IMG/VR virus record: IMGVR_UViG_3300016667_000193
Location: 1-45,919 of that record
Source of the DNA: a virus
Lineage: Duplodnaviria > Caudoviricetes
Strand: one strand, 5' to 3'
Length of the DNA stretch: 45,919 bases
Shown piece after piece: positions 8,055 to 18,500 of the stretch. Made by a program: the position numbers and the translations under genes. The notes under the pieces were generated by a model. It was not told the DNA's origin. It ran no database searches and worked only from the letters and a program-made list of their open reading frames with translations. The stretch's first letter is position 1. The number at the start of each line of letters is the position of its first letter.

Positions 8055-8260
8055 TTAAGTTCCTGACGCTCTTTCTGTCGCTGCTCGAACGTCTTTTCTC
8101 AGAGTGGGATAAGGCGAAGCTGCGGCAGGAAGGGCGTCAGGATGTACAGGAGCAACTCGATGCGAATGTGGACAAGGCTGAAGCTGCTATCGCTACCCCT
8201 GATCCTGAGCGCGACGAGCGGCTGCGTAACCGATTTGACCGGAGTCGAGGTGAAGGGTGA
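8051..8260 (+). CDS. Rz-like inner-membrane spanin
   Basis: N-terminal hydrophobic helix plus coiled coil; overlapped by a lipoprotein gene. Confidence 0.7.
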   Translation: MIKFLTLFLSLLERLFSEWDKAKLRQEGRQDVQEQLDANVDKAEAAIATPDPERDERLRNRFDRSRGEG

Positions 8261-8393
8261 CTACTGTCGTATTGCCAAACCGATCACTTATGATGGCAAG
8301 GTTGATACGCAGGAGACAGTACAACAGATCGAAGCCCACAACTCCCGATGGGTTTGCGTCTGCGAGGGTGACTGCCCCGCCAAAGTGGAGTAG
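8160..8393 (+). CDS. Rz1-like outer-membrane lipoprotein spanin
   Basis: Signal peptide with lipobox-like TSG|C, extra Cys residues, overlaps Rz in another frame; SD aggag before ATG 8160. Confidence 0.75.
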   Translation: MRMWTRLKLLSLPLILSATSGCVTDLTGVEVKGDYCRIAKPITYDGKVDTQETVQQIEAHNSRWVCVCEGDCPAKVE

Positions 8394-8404
8394 ATAGATA
8401 CATC

Positions 8405-10825
8405 ATGGCTGGCGTAAAGATCACCAACTTCTTCGGGATCGCACCGAAGATCGCACCAGAACTCCTACCGGAGACCGCTGGTCAAATCGCGCGCAACACG
8501 AAGTTGTATTCTGGTGATCTGATCCCATACCCCCAGCCGGTTGTTGTGGGGAACACTGGTCGCACTGGCGAGATCAAGACACTTTACGCGCTCAAGGACC
8601 CGGCAGGTGTCAACCGCTGGTTGTCGTGGACAACCGACGTGGATATTGCCATTGTCACCTCCTCGGATGTGACCGACCAGCGGTTTTACTACACAGGTGA
8701 CGGCGTCCCCAAGGTCAGCGATTATACGCTGGCATTCACTGGTGTAGGACCTTATCCCACCAACTCCTATGACCTCGGGTTGCCGCTCCCGACAGTCCAG
8801 CCGACGGTTACGGTTACACCTTTCACGACTGCCACGACCGCCACCTATGCGCGCGATAACAACAACACTGCGACTCTGACGACCGCTGCCCCTCATGGTT
8901 TGAAGGAAGGGGCTTATATCACTGTCACAGGGTTCAGCTATCTGGCCGGTGCCTATACGTACGTGGGCACCACGGTAACATGTACTATTGCCAGTCATGG
9001 TCTGACCGGAACACCTCAGGTGGCGCTGGACTTCACCTCTGGCGACGCGATTGACGGCGTCTATACTGCTACTGTCGTGGACCCCAACACCTTTACAGTG
9101 AACGTCCCCGTGGCACCCACTGCTGCTGGTACTGTTCGCCTCAACATGACATCGTTCAATGCGTCGGGTATTCAAGCCACTGTCATTGACGCCTCGACTA
9201 TCGAGTACTTCAGCCCCGGCCCGCAGATCGCAGCGACTGCATTCTCCGGAGGTAAGATCGACCTCGGTGGTCCGACACAGTCTCGCTCGTATGTCTACAC
9301 ATGGTACACCCCATGGGAGGAAGAGAGCATCGCGTCGGAGCCGACGACGGACGTGTTCGTCAAGGAAGGCGTAACCATCACAGTCGGTGGCCTCCCGACC
9401 GCTAAGCCGTCTGGGAATAACTTTGTACGAGGACTGCGTCTGTATCGCACGCTTGCGACAGCTTCAGGGACTGAGTACTTCCGACTCAAAACACTGTGGT
9501 TTCCTACAGCGCTGGCCACGGTCAGCCGCACCAGCAACGTATCTACTGTCAGGCTGGCGTATCCGCACAACCTTGGGGTCGATGATCGGTTCAAGATTAG
9601 CGGATGCACCGATGCATCGTTCGATATCACCGGAGGGATCGTCCTCGATATCCCTGACGACTACACGTTCACTTACGCGCAGGTCGCTGCCAACGTCGCG
9701 ACCACCACCGTGGCAGCTGGTACACTGTACCATGACGTATCTGAAAACCCGCCGACAACAGCGGCTCGGTACTGGGGTGACGGGGGTAACTATGACTTTG
9801 TTGATGACTTTGATCCGCTCAACCTGTCGGATATTCTCACGAGTGATGAGTACGATGCTCCACCTGATGACCTGCAAGGGTTGATCGCGGCACAGAATAA
9901 TATCCTCGCTGGCTTCGTGGGTAACAAGCTGTATCTGTCTGAACCAGCTCGACCTCATGCGTGGCCGCAGGCTTATGCTGTGACCTTCGAGTATGATATC
10001 GTCGGTCTCGCCCCGATCTACGGTTCGATCCTAGTTCTGACTGAGGGTTTCCCGTACATCGTGTCTGGTAAGGACCCTGCCTCAGGTCTGGATATCCAGC
10101 GTGTGGATGCCATGTACCCCTGCCTTAACCGCAAGGGTATCGTCTCCATGAACTATGGGATTATCTACCCTACCCATGACGGGATGGCGGTATTCTCTCC
10201 CGGTAGTGGGACTAACCTCATCACACGGGCGAACTTCAACAACGATACATGGGCCGCTGAGCTGGACCCGACGACTATCGTCGGTGAGTTCTATGGTGAT
10301 GCTTACCTCGCCTCTCACTCTGCTGGGGGGTTTGCCTTTGAGCCGGACAAGAACATCGGTGGTCAGTTCGTTGATCTCGACTTCACATACACTGCGTCGT
10401 GGTACGATCCCATCGGTGGTCAGCTCTTCTGTGTGACCGGTACCAACGGCGACGTGTATGAGTGGGATAACCTCAGCCAGCCTGCACTCACTCAAGAGTG
10501 GAAGTCGAAGGTCATCAAGACCCCCGATATGATCAACCTCGGTGCAGCGCGCGTAATCGCTGACTTCGTCGAAGTGACCACGACGTGGGATAATAACGCT
10601 GCTCAGTGGCAGGATGATACCTCCCCGTGGGCCACGGCGAACAACATCACTTTCAAACTCTGGGTGGATAAGCAGCTCCTGTTGACCACCACGGTGACTG
10701 ATATGAACACGTTCCGACTTCCGACCGGGTATCGCTCCGACACGTTTGAAGTCGGTGTGGAAGGTGACATCCGCGTGCGGGCAATCCACCTCGGTGAGAC
10801 GCCGCTCAGTCTGAAGGAGGCATGA
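8405..10825 (+). CDS. Tail nozzle / DNA stabilisation protein (tail tubular protein B-like)
   Basis: 806 aa; 'ITNFFGIAPKIAPELLP', 'YVYTW...EES', 'LYLSEP..PHAWP' motifs; inserted 'HGL' beta domains. Confidence 0.75.
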   Translation: MAGVKITNFFGIAPKIAPELLPETAGQIARNTKLYSGDLIPYPQPVVVGNTGRTGEIKTLYALKDPAGVNRWLSWTTDVDIAIVTSSDVTDQRFYYTGDGVPKVSDYTLAFTGVGPYPTNSYDLGLPLPTVQPTVTVTPFTTATTATYARDNNNTATLTTAAPHGLKEGAYITVTGFSYLAGAYTYVGTTVTCTIASHGLTGTPQVALDFTSGDAIDGVYTATVVDPNTFTVNVPVAPTAAGTVRLNMTSFNASGIQATVIDASTIEYFSPGPQIAATAFSGGKIDLGGPTQSRSYVYTWYTPWEEESIASEPTTDVFVKEGVTITVGGLPTAKPSGNNFVRGLRLYRTLATASGTEYFRLKTLWFPTALATVSRTSNVSTVRLAYPHNLGVDDRFKISGCTDASFDITGGIVLDIPDDYTFTYAQVAANVATTTVAAGTLYHDVSENPPTTAARYWGDGGNYDFVDDFDPLNLSDILTSDEYDAPPDDLQGLIAAQNNILAGFVGNKLYLSEPARPHAWPQAYAVTFEYDIVGLAPIYGSILVLTEGFPYIVSGKDPASGLDIQRVDAMYPCLNRKGIVSMNYGIIYPTHDGMAVFSPGSGTNLITRANFNNDTWAAELDPTTIVGEFYGDAYLASHSAGGFAFEPDKNIGGQFVDLDFTYTASWYDPIGGQLFCVTGTNGDVYEWDNLSQPALTQEWKSKVIKTPDMINLGAARVIADFVEVTTTWDNNAAQWQDDTSPWATANNITFKLWVDKQLLLTTTVTDMNTFRLPTGYRSDTFEVGVEGDIRVRAIHLGETPLSLKEA

Positions 10826-11172
10826 TGTCCAGATTTTCTGCGATCCCCAATCCGCCACAGGCATCTATGTCTGGTTGGCAGTACTACATGCTCAATGCCC
10901 TCAAGGAGAACGTCGAACTCCTGACTGGTGCGCGTGGTGAGAAGGACGGCGGTAGCCGTGCGATCACCAAATCGTCCGTGACTGTGTCCGCACCAGCGGC
11001 GCAGACCATGAAGCAGCTGACCGCACAAGGCGTGGGCGTAAACATCGAGGGCGCTGTTGTCCCTGCGATGGACGACTACATCGAACTACTCAAGAATGTA
11101 CAAACACTCGCAAACGATGTAGCGTCGCTGCGAGCCACTGTAGACACCCTCATCAAACAGTTGCGAGGATAA
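10825..11172 (+). CDS. Hypothetical virion protein
   Basis: Coupled ORF with SD aggagg; C-terminal coiled coil. Confidence 0.7.
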   Translation: MSRFSAIPNPPQASMSGWQYYMLNALKENVELLTGARGEKDGGSRAITKSSVTVSAPAAQTMKQLTAQGVGVNIEGAVVPAMDDYIELLKNVQTLANDVASLRATVDTLIKQLRG

Positions 11173-11173
11173 G

Positions 11174-11968
11174 ATGGATAACCCTGTGATGGCAGCCCTT
11201 AACCCGCAGGCAGCCTCAACCACTTCGTTGGACTTGCCTCCGGCTCTTGCCAGTATTCTGGCTATGCCCGCCGCCACAGCTGCTCCTGTGTCGGCTGCTG
11301 GCCCTGCCCCTGCTGGACCGTCGCCCACCATCGGTGGCGCTCTCGGTGGTCAGCCTACTATGGCTCAGCAGCCCCTCCCCAGTTTCCAAGAGGGTGGGAT
11401 GATCGGACCCGGTGGTATGCCGGTAACAGGAGTGCAGGCGCAACCTGCTGCTCCGATGGACCCAGCGCAGCGCAATCAGCTCCTCGACCAGTCGCTGGCG
11501 CAGAACCCGCAGGCGGTGCAGGAGATTCAGGCTGCACTTATGGAAGGTCTTCAGATCGGCGAGATCACTCCGCAGGAATTGAACATGATCATCCAGCTGG
11601 TCCAAGTCGCTGCGCAGAACCCTGACATGTATCCATATGTTCGGCAGTTCGCGATTCAGCAGGGTATCGCTACCGAGGAAGACCTGCCGCAGCAGTACGA
11701 CGAAGGTCTGATGATCGCGATGCTTACTGTCGCCAAGTCTGCGCAGCAGATGATTCAGGGTGGTCAGTCGATGATGGCTCCGGCAGGTGTCGCACAGCCG
11801 GGTCAGATGCAGTCGCTCAAGATGGGTGGTACGGTCAAGGGTCAGACCGATGGCCCCGTCCCTATCATGGCACATGAGGGTGAGTACGTCATCCCGAAGA
11901 ACGTGGTCCAGATGAAGGGTAAGGAGTTCTTTGATCGGCTGGTCGAGCAGTACAAGGATAAGGCGTGA
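11174..11968 (+). CDS. Putative internal virion protein
   Basis: Q/P/A-rich; GG..G..D.VPIMAHEGEYVIP..VV motif common in phage virion proteins. Confidence 0.55.
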   Translation: MDNPVMAALNPQAASTTSLDLPPALASILAMPAATAAPVSAAGPAPAGPSPTIGGALGGQPTMAQQPLPSFQEGGMIGPGGMPVTGVQAQPAAPMDPAQRNQLLDQSLAQNPQAVQEIQAALMEGLQIGEITPQELNMIIQLVQVAAQNPDMYPYVRQFAIQQGIATEEDLPQQYDEGLMIAMLTVAKSAQQMIQGGQSMMAPAGVAQPGQMQSLKMGGTVKGQTDGPVPIMAHEGEYVIPKNVVQMKGKEFFDRLVEQYKDKA

Positions 11969-12411
11969 GTGATCTATCCATCGAGCTTCTGACGCAGGAC
12001 CGGGCCATTGAATTGTGGCCCGAGATGGTTCCGCTTGTCGAGAAGTCTGCGATGGGGAACGCGATCAGCGCTGCGACCATGGACCCGCAGTACGTATTCA
12101 ACGCTATCGTGGCTGATGAGGCTGTGATCTTCGCCGGGTTTGATGGGGGTAAACTCTCTACGATCCTCGGTATCCAGTTCTCGGACGCCAATGGGACCAA
12201 GTGCGCAGACATCATTGTCCTCGCTGGTCGCAAGCTAACAGCATTCAAACGATTGTATTGGGAACCCATCCTCGATTGGCTACGAGCTAATCAGGTAAAG
12301 TTCCTTGATAGCTATGTTCCAATGGATCGCGCTATGCTATACATGAACAAGTTCGGGTTTGATAAGTCATGCGCGCACATCCGGATGTCTCTGGGGAAGA
12401 ACGATGGGTAA
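11965..12411 (+). CDS. GNAT-fold-like tail/ejection-associated protein
   Basis: 148 aa; position before ejection proteins; ...LYMNKFGF ending resembles a GNAT motif. Confidence 0.45.
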   Translation: MSDLSIELLTQDRAIELWPEMVPLVEKSAMGNAISAATMDPQYVFNAIVADEAVIFAGFDGGKLSTILGIQFSDANGTKCADIIVLAGRKLTAFKRLYWEPILDWLRANQVKFLDSYVPMDRAMLYMNKFGFDKSCAHIRMSLGKNDG

Positions 12412-13483
12412 GGTAGTCAAGACAGTTCTCAAGGTTGCGGCGGGTGTGGCCATCGCCGCGTTCGCACCTCAACTCGCAGCTCCGCTCCTGAAGACTGTCG
12501 GTGTATCCGGTGCCCTTGCATCCACTGTGGCGAGTGCGGCCATCGGTGCCGGTCTCGGTCAAGCTACTGGTCTCGGGTGGAAGTCTGGTCTTGCTATCGG
12601 CGGCTTTGCCGGAGCCGGACAATCAGGACTATTCGGTGGAACATCTAAGGGTGCTGTCGCATCTGGTGGTGCCGGAGGTACTGCCGCCCCGGTCGCAGGT
12701 GAAGCCGCTTCGGTCGCCAATCTCCCCGGTGCCGGTGGTTCGCTTGCCGAAGGGGTCACAGCGGGTATCCAGTCGCAGGTCCAGAATCTTCCGAGGATTG
12801 CGCCAAGCGGTGGCGGCATCGGTGGCGCACTGGGGGGCGCTGCATCTACAGCAGGTAACGCACTCAAGACCGGCCTCAGTAACGTGCAGGCGGGGGTAGG
12901 CGGCGCACTCAACCAAGTCGGTATGGGTGGTACAGTCGGCGGACTCAATCTTGGTGCGGTCGCACCTACACTACTTGCCGCAGGTCTGGTCAGCACCCCC
13001 GGTGCCGGTATCGTCAAGGCTCAGCAGGCTGAACTTGAACGGGCGCAGGCGATGAACGCAGCGCTTACGCAGCAACGGATTGACGAGGCCAACAAGCTGA
13101 TCGGTGAAGCAGCCTACTATGACCCTGAGTACATGGGGCGGCAGGCCGCTGAGGCTGCCATGATCCGTGGCGGCATCCAAGAAACGGAAGGTACCCGTGG
13201 TCTCACGGGTGAGCGCCTCGCCGCAGAACGTCGTCGCTTCAAGCTGGGTACATCCCGCACCGCAGGTTCGGCCTATCAGCAGGGGTATGGTACAGGTGTG
13301 GGAGCGCGCACTCAGGTTCGCTCCGCTGGTATCTCTGCCCTGCCGACACAGTTCCCGACGACAACAGCAGAGAGTAGTGCCGCACTGAACGCACGACTTG
13401 CAGCAGATGAGGCCAAGCGACAGGAAGAAGCTGGTCTCGCTGCGCTCTTCGGTCAGGTGCTCGGTCGCCCCGCTACCACCTAA
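12404..13483 (+). CDS. DNA ejection/pilot protein
   Basis: ATG at 12404; G/A-rich hydrophobic N-terminus followed by a helical region. Confidence 0.6.
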   Translation: MGKVVKTVLKVAAGVAIAAFAPQLAAPLLKTVGVSGALASTVASAAIGAGLGQATGLGWKSGLAIGGFAGAGQSGLFGGTSKGAVASGGAGGTAAPVAGEAASVANLPGAGGSLAEGVTAGIQSQVQNLPRIAPSGGGIGGALGGAASTAGNALKTGLSNVQAGVGGALNQVGMGGTVGGLNLGAVAPTLLAAGLVSTPGAGIVKAQQAELERAQAMNAALTQQRIDEANKLIGEAAYYDPEYMGRQAAEAAMIRGGIQETEGTRGLTGERLAAERRRFKLGTSRTAGSAYQQGYGTGVGARTQVRSAGISALPTQFPTTTAESSAALNARLAADEAKRQEEAGLAALFGQVLGRPATT

Positions 13484-13497
13484 GATAGGAATACCTC

Positions 13498-15582
13498 ATG
13501 GCGATTGGTTCATTTCTCGCTAGTGCCGGTCGGATCGGTGAAGGTATCGAAACATACCAGACCGAGAGTGCCAAGCGCCGCTTGACCCAACAGCAAGCAG
13601 AACTTGCACGGGCAGAACTTGCACGGCAGGAGCAGTTCCGGCAGCTTCAGCTTGAAGCTCCGATGGCTGAGCTTCCTGATCAGGGGTTGCTCCTTGGCGC
13701 ACCCATGCGTGTTGCTGAACCTGAATTTGCACCTGCTGGTCGAACTGCCGCTGGGTTGCTTGCACCCATGAGTCCTGCTGCACCTGCGGCGGCAGCCCCC
13801 GCTCCGGGTATGAAGGCGGCTCCGCAGCCTACCCCCAGCGGTCGCGTTATTAAACTCGGCAGCACTGTTATCCCTTGGTTCGATCCGAACAAACCTGATC
13901 GCCTCAACATGGGTGTCGCTGGTTTCGAGCGGCTGGACCCGAACGCCTCTGACTTCCAGCGAGTAAAGGTCGAGCAGCGCAATAACCAGAAGCTGAGCAA
14001 TACGCTTGAGTCGATGGCTGTTGCGACCAAGGCCCCTCTTGCTGTCCTCCGCAAGCCGTTTGTTTCGCAGGAGGAGAAGGCCAAACTGGAGCGCCGCGAG
14101 CAGGCCAGCGCATGGTATCAGACCTCGGACGCCCGCGAGTATTTCCGCCGTAACCCTGAGGTGTTGGCGACCGCCAAGGCGAACCCGCTCAAGTTCTTCG
14201 ATGGTCTGGTCAAGGCCAATGAACTGGCTGCTCGTCAGCGCACTGCGCCTGCTCCCCGCGCTGGAATCGCAGCTCCGACTGCACCGGCAACTCCCACAGC
14301 CGGGGTAATTGCCAAGATCGCTGGTGCCGAAACCGGTGGTGTGGCTAACCCATACCAGACACCTAACCTCGCAGGTGCATCCTCGGCATTCGGTAAGTAC
14401 CAATTCACAAAGGATACGTGGGTCAGCACCTACCGTAAGCTGAACCCCAAGACGAGTCTCGACGATAACCGCATCTGGGCGCTGCGCAATGACCCAGCGC
14501 AGCAGGAACGTCTGATGGTCAAACTGACCGAGGACAACGCCGCTGCACTCACCAAGGCGGGACTTCCTGCAAACGATGCAACCCTATACCTCGCACACTT
14601 CCTTGGTGCGAAGGGGGCCAAGACCCTGCTGAACGCAGATGCCAATACGCCTGTCGAACAGCTCCCCGGTTTTGCTGCTGCGGTCAAGGCGAACCCCACG
14701 GTCATGCGTGGTAAGACTGTCGGTCAGGTTGCTGACTGGGCTGCCAAGAAGATGGGCGGCGCTGCACCTCAGATGGCTGGGGGCGCAGCTCCTGCTGCCG
14801 GTGTTACCACTGGCGTGGCACCCGCACCGGTTCGGATTGATCCATCCAACTTCTACCTCGCAGATCAGAGGATGATCTCGCGAGATATGCAGATCGCTAT
14901 GCAGAATCGTCAGGAACTGGCGCGTCTTGCTGGGATGTACCAGCGCGCAGGTATGGGTAATGAGTTCACGCAGGCGCGACTCAAGCTCCTCGAACTGGAT
15001 AACAGCCTCGCGTTCCTTCAGGGGATGCAGGGTATTCAGGAAATGGCTCTGGCCAACGACCCTCGTAGGCTCTCTGCTGTCTGGTCGCAGTACGCTGGTG
15101 TTCCAATTGAACTCCAGCCACAGACAGATGGAACCTATAATGTGTTCGTGAATGGGCGCGTCACACAGCGTGGTGTGTCATCGGGTACGATCATTGACAG
15201 CGCCCGGTCGGCGTTCGATGCTGAGTACCGCAAGTCACGCGCTGAGTCGTCGTCCACCATGGCTATTGAGCAGTTCAAGAGCCAGCTGCGTATCTCTGAG
15301 GAAGCAGCCAAGGCTGCATTGCAGACTGCACGCGAAGCGCAGATCGAACTTCTGCGTGGGAAGAACGCGCGGGCGAACGAACTTATCAAGCAGCTTGATC
15401 CGAACGGAGATATTTCGGTACTACCGAATGGTAATGCTATCCTTCAGGTTCAGGGTCAGACATTTATACTTGACCCCGGTGGTAATCCGATTGAGGGTTC
15501 TCCTAATCAGATGACTGCGCCATCTGCTAAGTCTATCAGTGGTCTCCCGACACGTTCAGTGGGTGTCGGCGTTGGAGGTTAA
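13498..15582 (+). CDS. Internal virion protein with lytic transglycosylase/lysozyme-like domain
   Basis: IAGAETGG (catalytic E), SSAFGKYQFTKDTW, LYLAHFLGAKGA at about 14310-14760. Confidence 0.85.
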   Translation: MAIGSFLASAGRIGEGIETYQTESAKRRLTQQQAELARAELARQEQFRQLQLEAPMAELPDQGLLLGAPMRVAEPEFAPAGRTAAGLLAPMSPAAPAAAAPAPGMKAAPQPTPSGRVIKLGSTVIPWFDPNKPDRLNMGVAGFERLDPNASDFQRVKVEQRNNQKLSNTLESMAVATKAPLAVLRKPFVSQEEKAKLERREQASAWYQTSDAREYFRRNPEVLATAKANPLKFFDGLVKANELAARQRTAPAPRAGIAAPTAPATPTAGVIAKIAGAETGGVANPYQTPNLAGASSAFGKYQFTKDTWVSTYRKLNPKTSLDDNRIWALRNDPAQQERLMVKLTEDNAAALTKAGLPANDATLYLAHFLGAKGAKTLLNADANTPVEQLPGFAAAVKANPTVMRGKTVGQVADWAAKKMGGAAPQMAGGAAPAAGVTTGVAPAPVRIDPSNFYLADQRMISRDMQIAMQNRQELARLAGMYQRAGMGNEFTQARLKLLELDNSLAFLQGMQGIQEMALANDPRRLSAVWSQYAGVPIELQPQTDGTYNVFVNGRVTQRGVSSGTIIDSARSAFDAEYRKSRAESSSTMAIEQFKSQLRISEEAAKAALQTAREAQIELLRGKNARANELIKQLDPNGDISVLPNGNAILQVQGQTFILDPGGNPIEGSPNQMTAPSAKSISGLPTRSVGVGVGG

Positions 15583-15587
15583 ACCTA

Positions 15588-18500
15588 ATGGCTCAGGCCG
15601 GTCTGTCGTTCGGTAACTCGTCACTCAACCCTCTGGTTGGTGCCCCGCCGCCCCCGGCTGCCACCGGTCTGGATGCCCTCCAACAGTCCATGGCTAATAT
15701 TGCAGCCATTGGTGGCGCTGCAACGCAGCAGGTTCCCATCATCGCTCCTCAAGTAGCGGTCGATACAACGCCGTCCATCGCATACAATCCATCGACCAAG
15801 CAGTTCTTCGTGCAGGGTCAGGTCTTCAGTGAGGACGACGCACAGCGCGCCTTGGAGAGTGAAGCACTCCTTGGTCAGCCGGGTGCGCCAATCCCGCAAG
15901 GTGGTGGTTGGGTCCCTGTGGACCCGCAGTCCTACGCTGGCTACCTCCAGCGCATCAAGGAGCCGGGTCTCGGCACGCTGTTCTCGAAGGGGTTCGGTCG
16001 TGGGATCGACACGATGCAGCTTCTTGGCGGTCGTGCGCTTCAACTTGTCGGAGCTGAGGAGACCGGTGCCGGTATCGTTGCGCAGCAGATGGAGGACCTA
16101 CGTCGGGACTCCCCTTACCAGCGCCAGTTCTCCAACATCGAGTCTGGCGGTGATGCTCTCGATTATGTCGTGTCCATGCTCGGTGAGCAGGCTCCGAACC
16201 TTTTGCTCGGTGTCGCGACTGGTGGTCTTGGCGTTCTGGGTGGTCGTGCTCTGTCTGGTGTCGCGACCAAGCAGGCACTTCGTTCTGCTGTCAGTAAGAA
16301 GGCTGCGGGTCAGGCCCTGACCGCTGCTGAGAATAAGCTGATCCGCTATGCTACCGCTGGCGCTCTGGTCGGTAGTGCCTCTGGTAGTTATCCGCTCCTC
16401 GCTGGTGAGTTCTATGATGAGTTCCGCCAGCAGGGTGTTGGCCCTGAAGATGTAGACGCTCGCGTCCTATCACTGCTGGGTGCTGTGCCTGCCACGGCAC
16501 TTGAACTTATCCCCGAAGTAGGTTTTGTTGGTCGTATCCTTGGGAAGGGTGCAGGAAAGGCGCTGCCCGCTGGTGCGAGTGTCCGACGTAAGGCCGGTGA
16601 GTTCCTCAAGCGTGGCGCTGTGGGCGGCGCTGTGGGCGCTGCGGCTGAAGGTGGAACCGAAGCTGCTCAGGAATCCCTGATTCTCGGTCTGACAGGTCAG
16701 GACCTGAGCGACCCTGAGAACGTCACTCGTCTGATCGAGAGCTTCGCTGCCGGTGCTACTGTCGGCGGCTTCGTCGGTGCTGCGACCAATATCTTTGCGC
16801 CCACCCGAAGCCTTGAGACCAACGAACCGACAAGTCTCCTCGGTGGTCCAGCGGAGCCGACTGCGCCGCAGCTCGGTGGTCCGGGTCCCGTCCCTCTTCT
16901 CGGTGGTCCGGGTCCCGTCCCTCTTCTCGGTGGTCCCACCACTGCGGTCGGACCTGCTGTCGAGCAGGTGGATGCCACGATCTACACACCGGGCACTGAG
17001 ATCAGCGGTCTTCTCCCAGCTCAGGGTCAGCAGCTCATGCTGCCACCTCCGGGTGCGGTCCTTCAGGTCGAGGGTCAACCCGACTTCGTGGTGGATGAGA
17101 ATGGTTATGTGCGTCAGGCTACGCCTGACGACGTAGTCGTGGGTATCTCTGACCGTGGCTTCGTTCCTGCCACCGCGCCCGGCACGCAGGGCGTCCTCGA
17201 TGTCTTCCCCGGCAGTCAGACGACTGCGCGTGAACTGCGCGGTATGATGGAACCTGCTGCCCCTGTGGCTGGGTATCTCCAGCCTGAGGGTGTAACCGGT
17301 GAGTTCCCGAGCGAAGGACCTGATCTTCGTCAGGAGGAGTTTGATTTTAATTTGTATGCTCCGCAGGAAACTGCGGCACTATCACTGAGCGGAGACCCGA
17401 CCCTACGAGCAGTACTACAGAACCGTTTGAATCTACAGCGTAATGCTGAATTGGCCCCGCAAAGGCAGCGAGAGTTTGAACTTGCACAGCGGCAGGTACA
17501 AAGCGGAATACCGCCTGTCCTCGAACCCACTGCGGAGCAACTTCGTGCAGCCGAATCGCGCCGACGCTTGGCGCAGATCGAAGATGAGGTCACCGACGAA
17601 GAAGCCGCTGACGCATGGCGTAAGTTCGGAGGTCGCGGGTTCCAGAAAAAATATGAGAGCCTAGCGACGGAAGCTAAGGACCAGTGGAAGTTCGGTCTGG
17701 AGTTGTACTACGCGGAGGCTATCCCGCGCGAAGCCTTGGCGGATGGGCGCAAGCGCCTGTCTGCTGTTAAGAAGGGACAAGCTGTCCCAATCGTGTTCGA
17801 GAGTGTGGTCACACCTACACCTGTCTTCAAGAAGGAGACCCCGCGTGCAGCTAAAAAGCCAAAAGCAACTGCGCTGGCTAGAGGCAAACAAACCCGAGCT
17901 GCTTCAGCAGCTGGAGCAAAGCCTGCCACCGGGCAAGCAGTTGCCGGAGCGCGCCCCGCCAAAACCCAAGAACCGAGGCAAGAAGCTGCCGTCACTGTTC
18001 AGGATGTAAAGGCTGATCCACAGTACAAACCCACTCTGGCTGCCATCGACAAGGCGGTTAAGGATGGTGTGTTGACTGGTAAGGACCGGCTCAAGCTGCT
18101 GGCTGACCTGAACAAGGATGGTGACTTCGAGCTGGTCGCTGACATAATCAAGTCGAAGCGTGAAGCTGCTACGAAGAAGGCGGCACCGAAGTCTGCACCC
18201 ACCGTGCAGGTAGCACCCAAGGCCGCGCCACTCAAAAAGGGCAAGCCTGCCCTGACATATGAGGCTGTACGTAAGGCTATCACCGAGAGTGCCGACGCAG
18301 AGGTTATCTCTCAGGATCAGTATGATCTGCTCATCCGCGCAGTGGACAACAAGACCACGACGCCGGATCGGATCAAGGCGCAGCTGGCCTACCTTGAGAA
18401 GGGTGGTACGATCAAGAAGCTCGCCGCTGGTGAAGCTCGTGGTCTGCGCACCGAGGAGCGTGAGGTTGTGCGTGAGGAAGGTCCTGTCGAAGTGGCAGAG

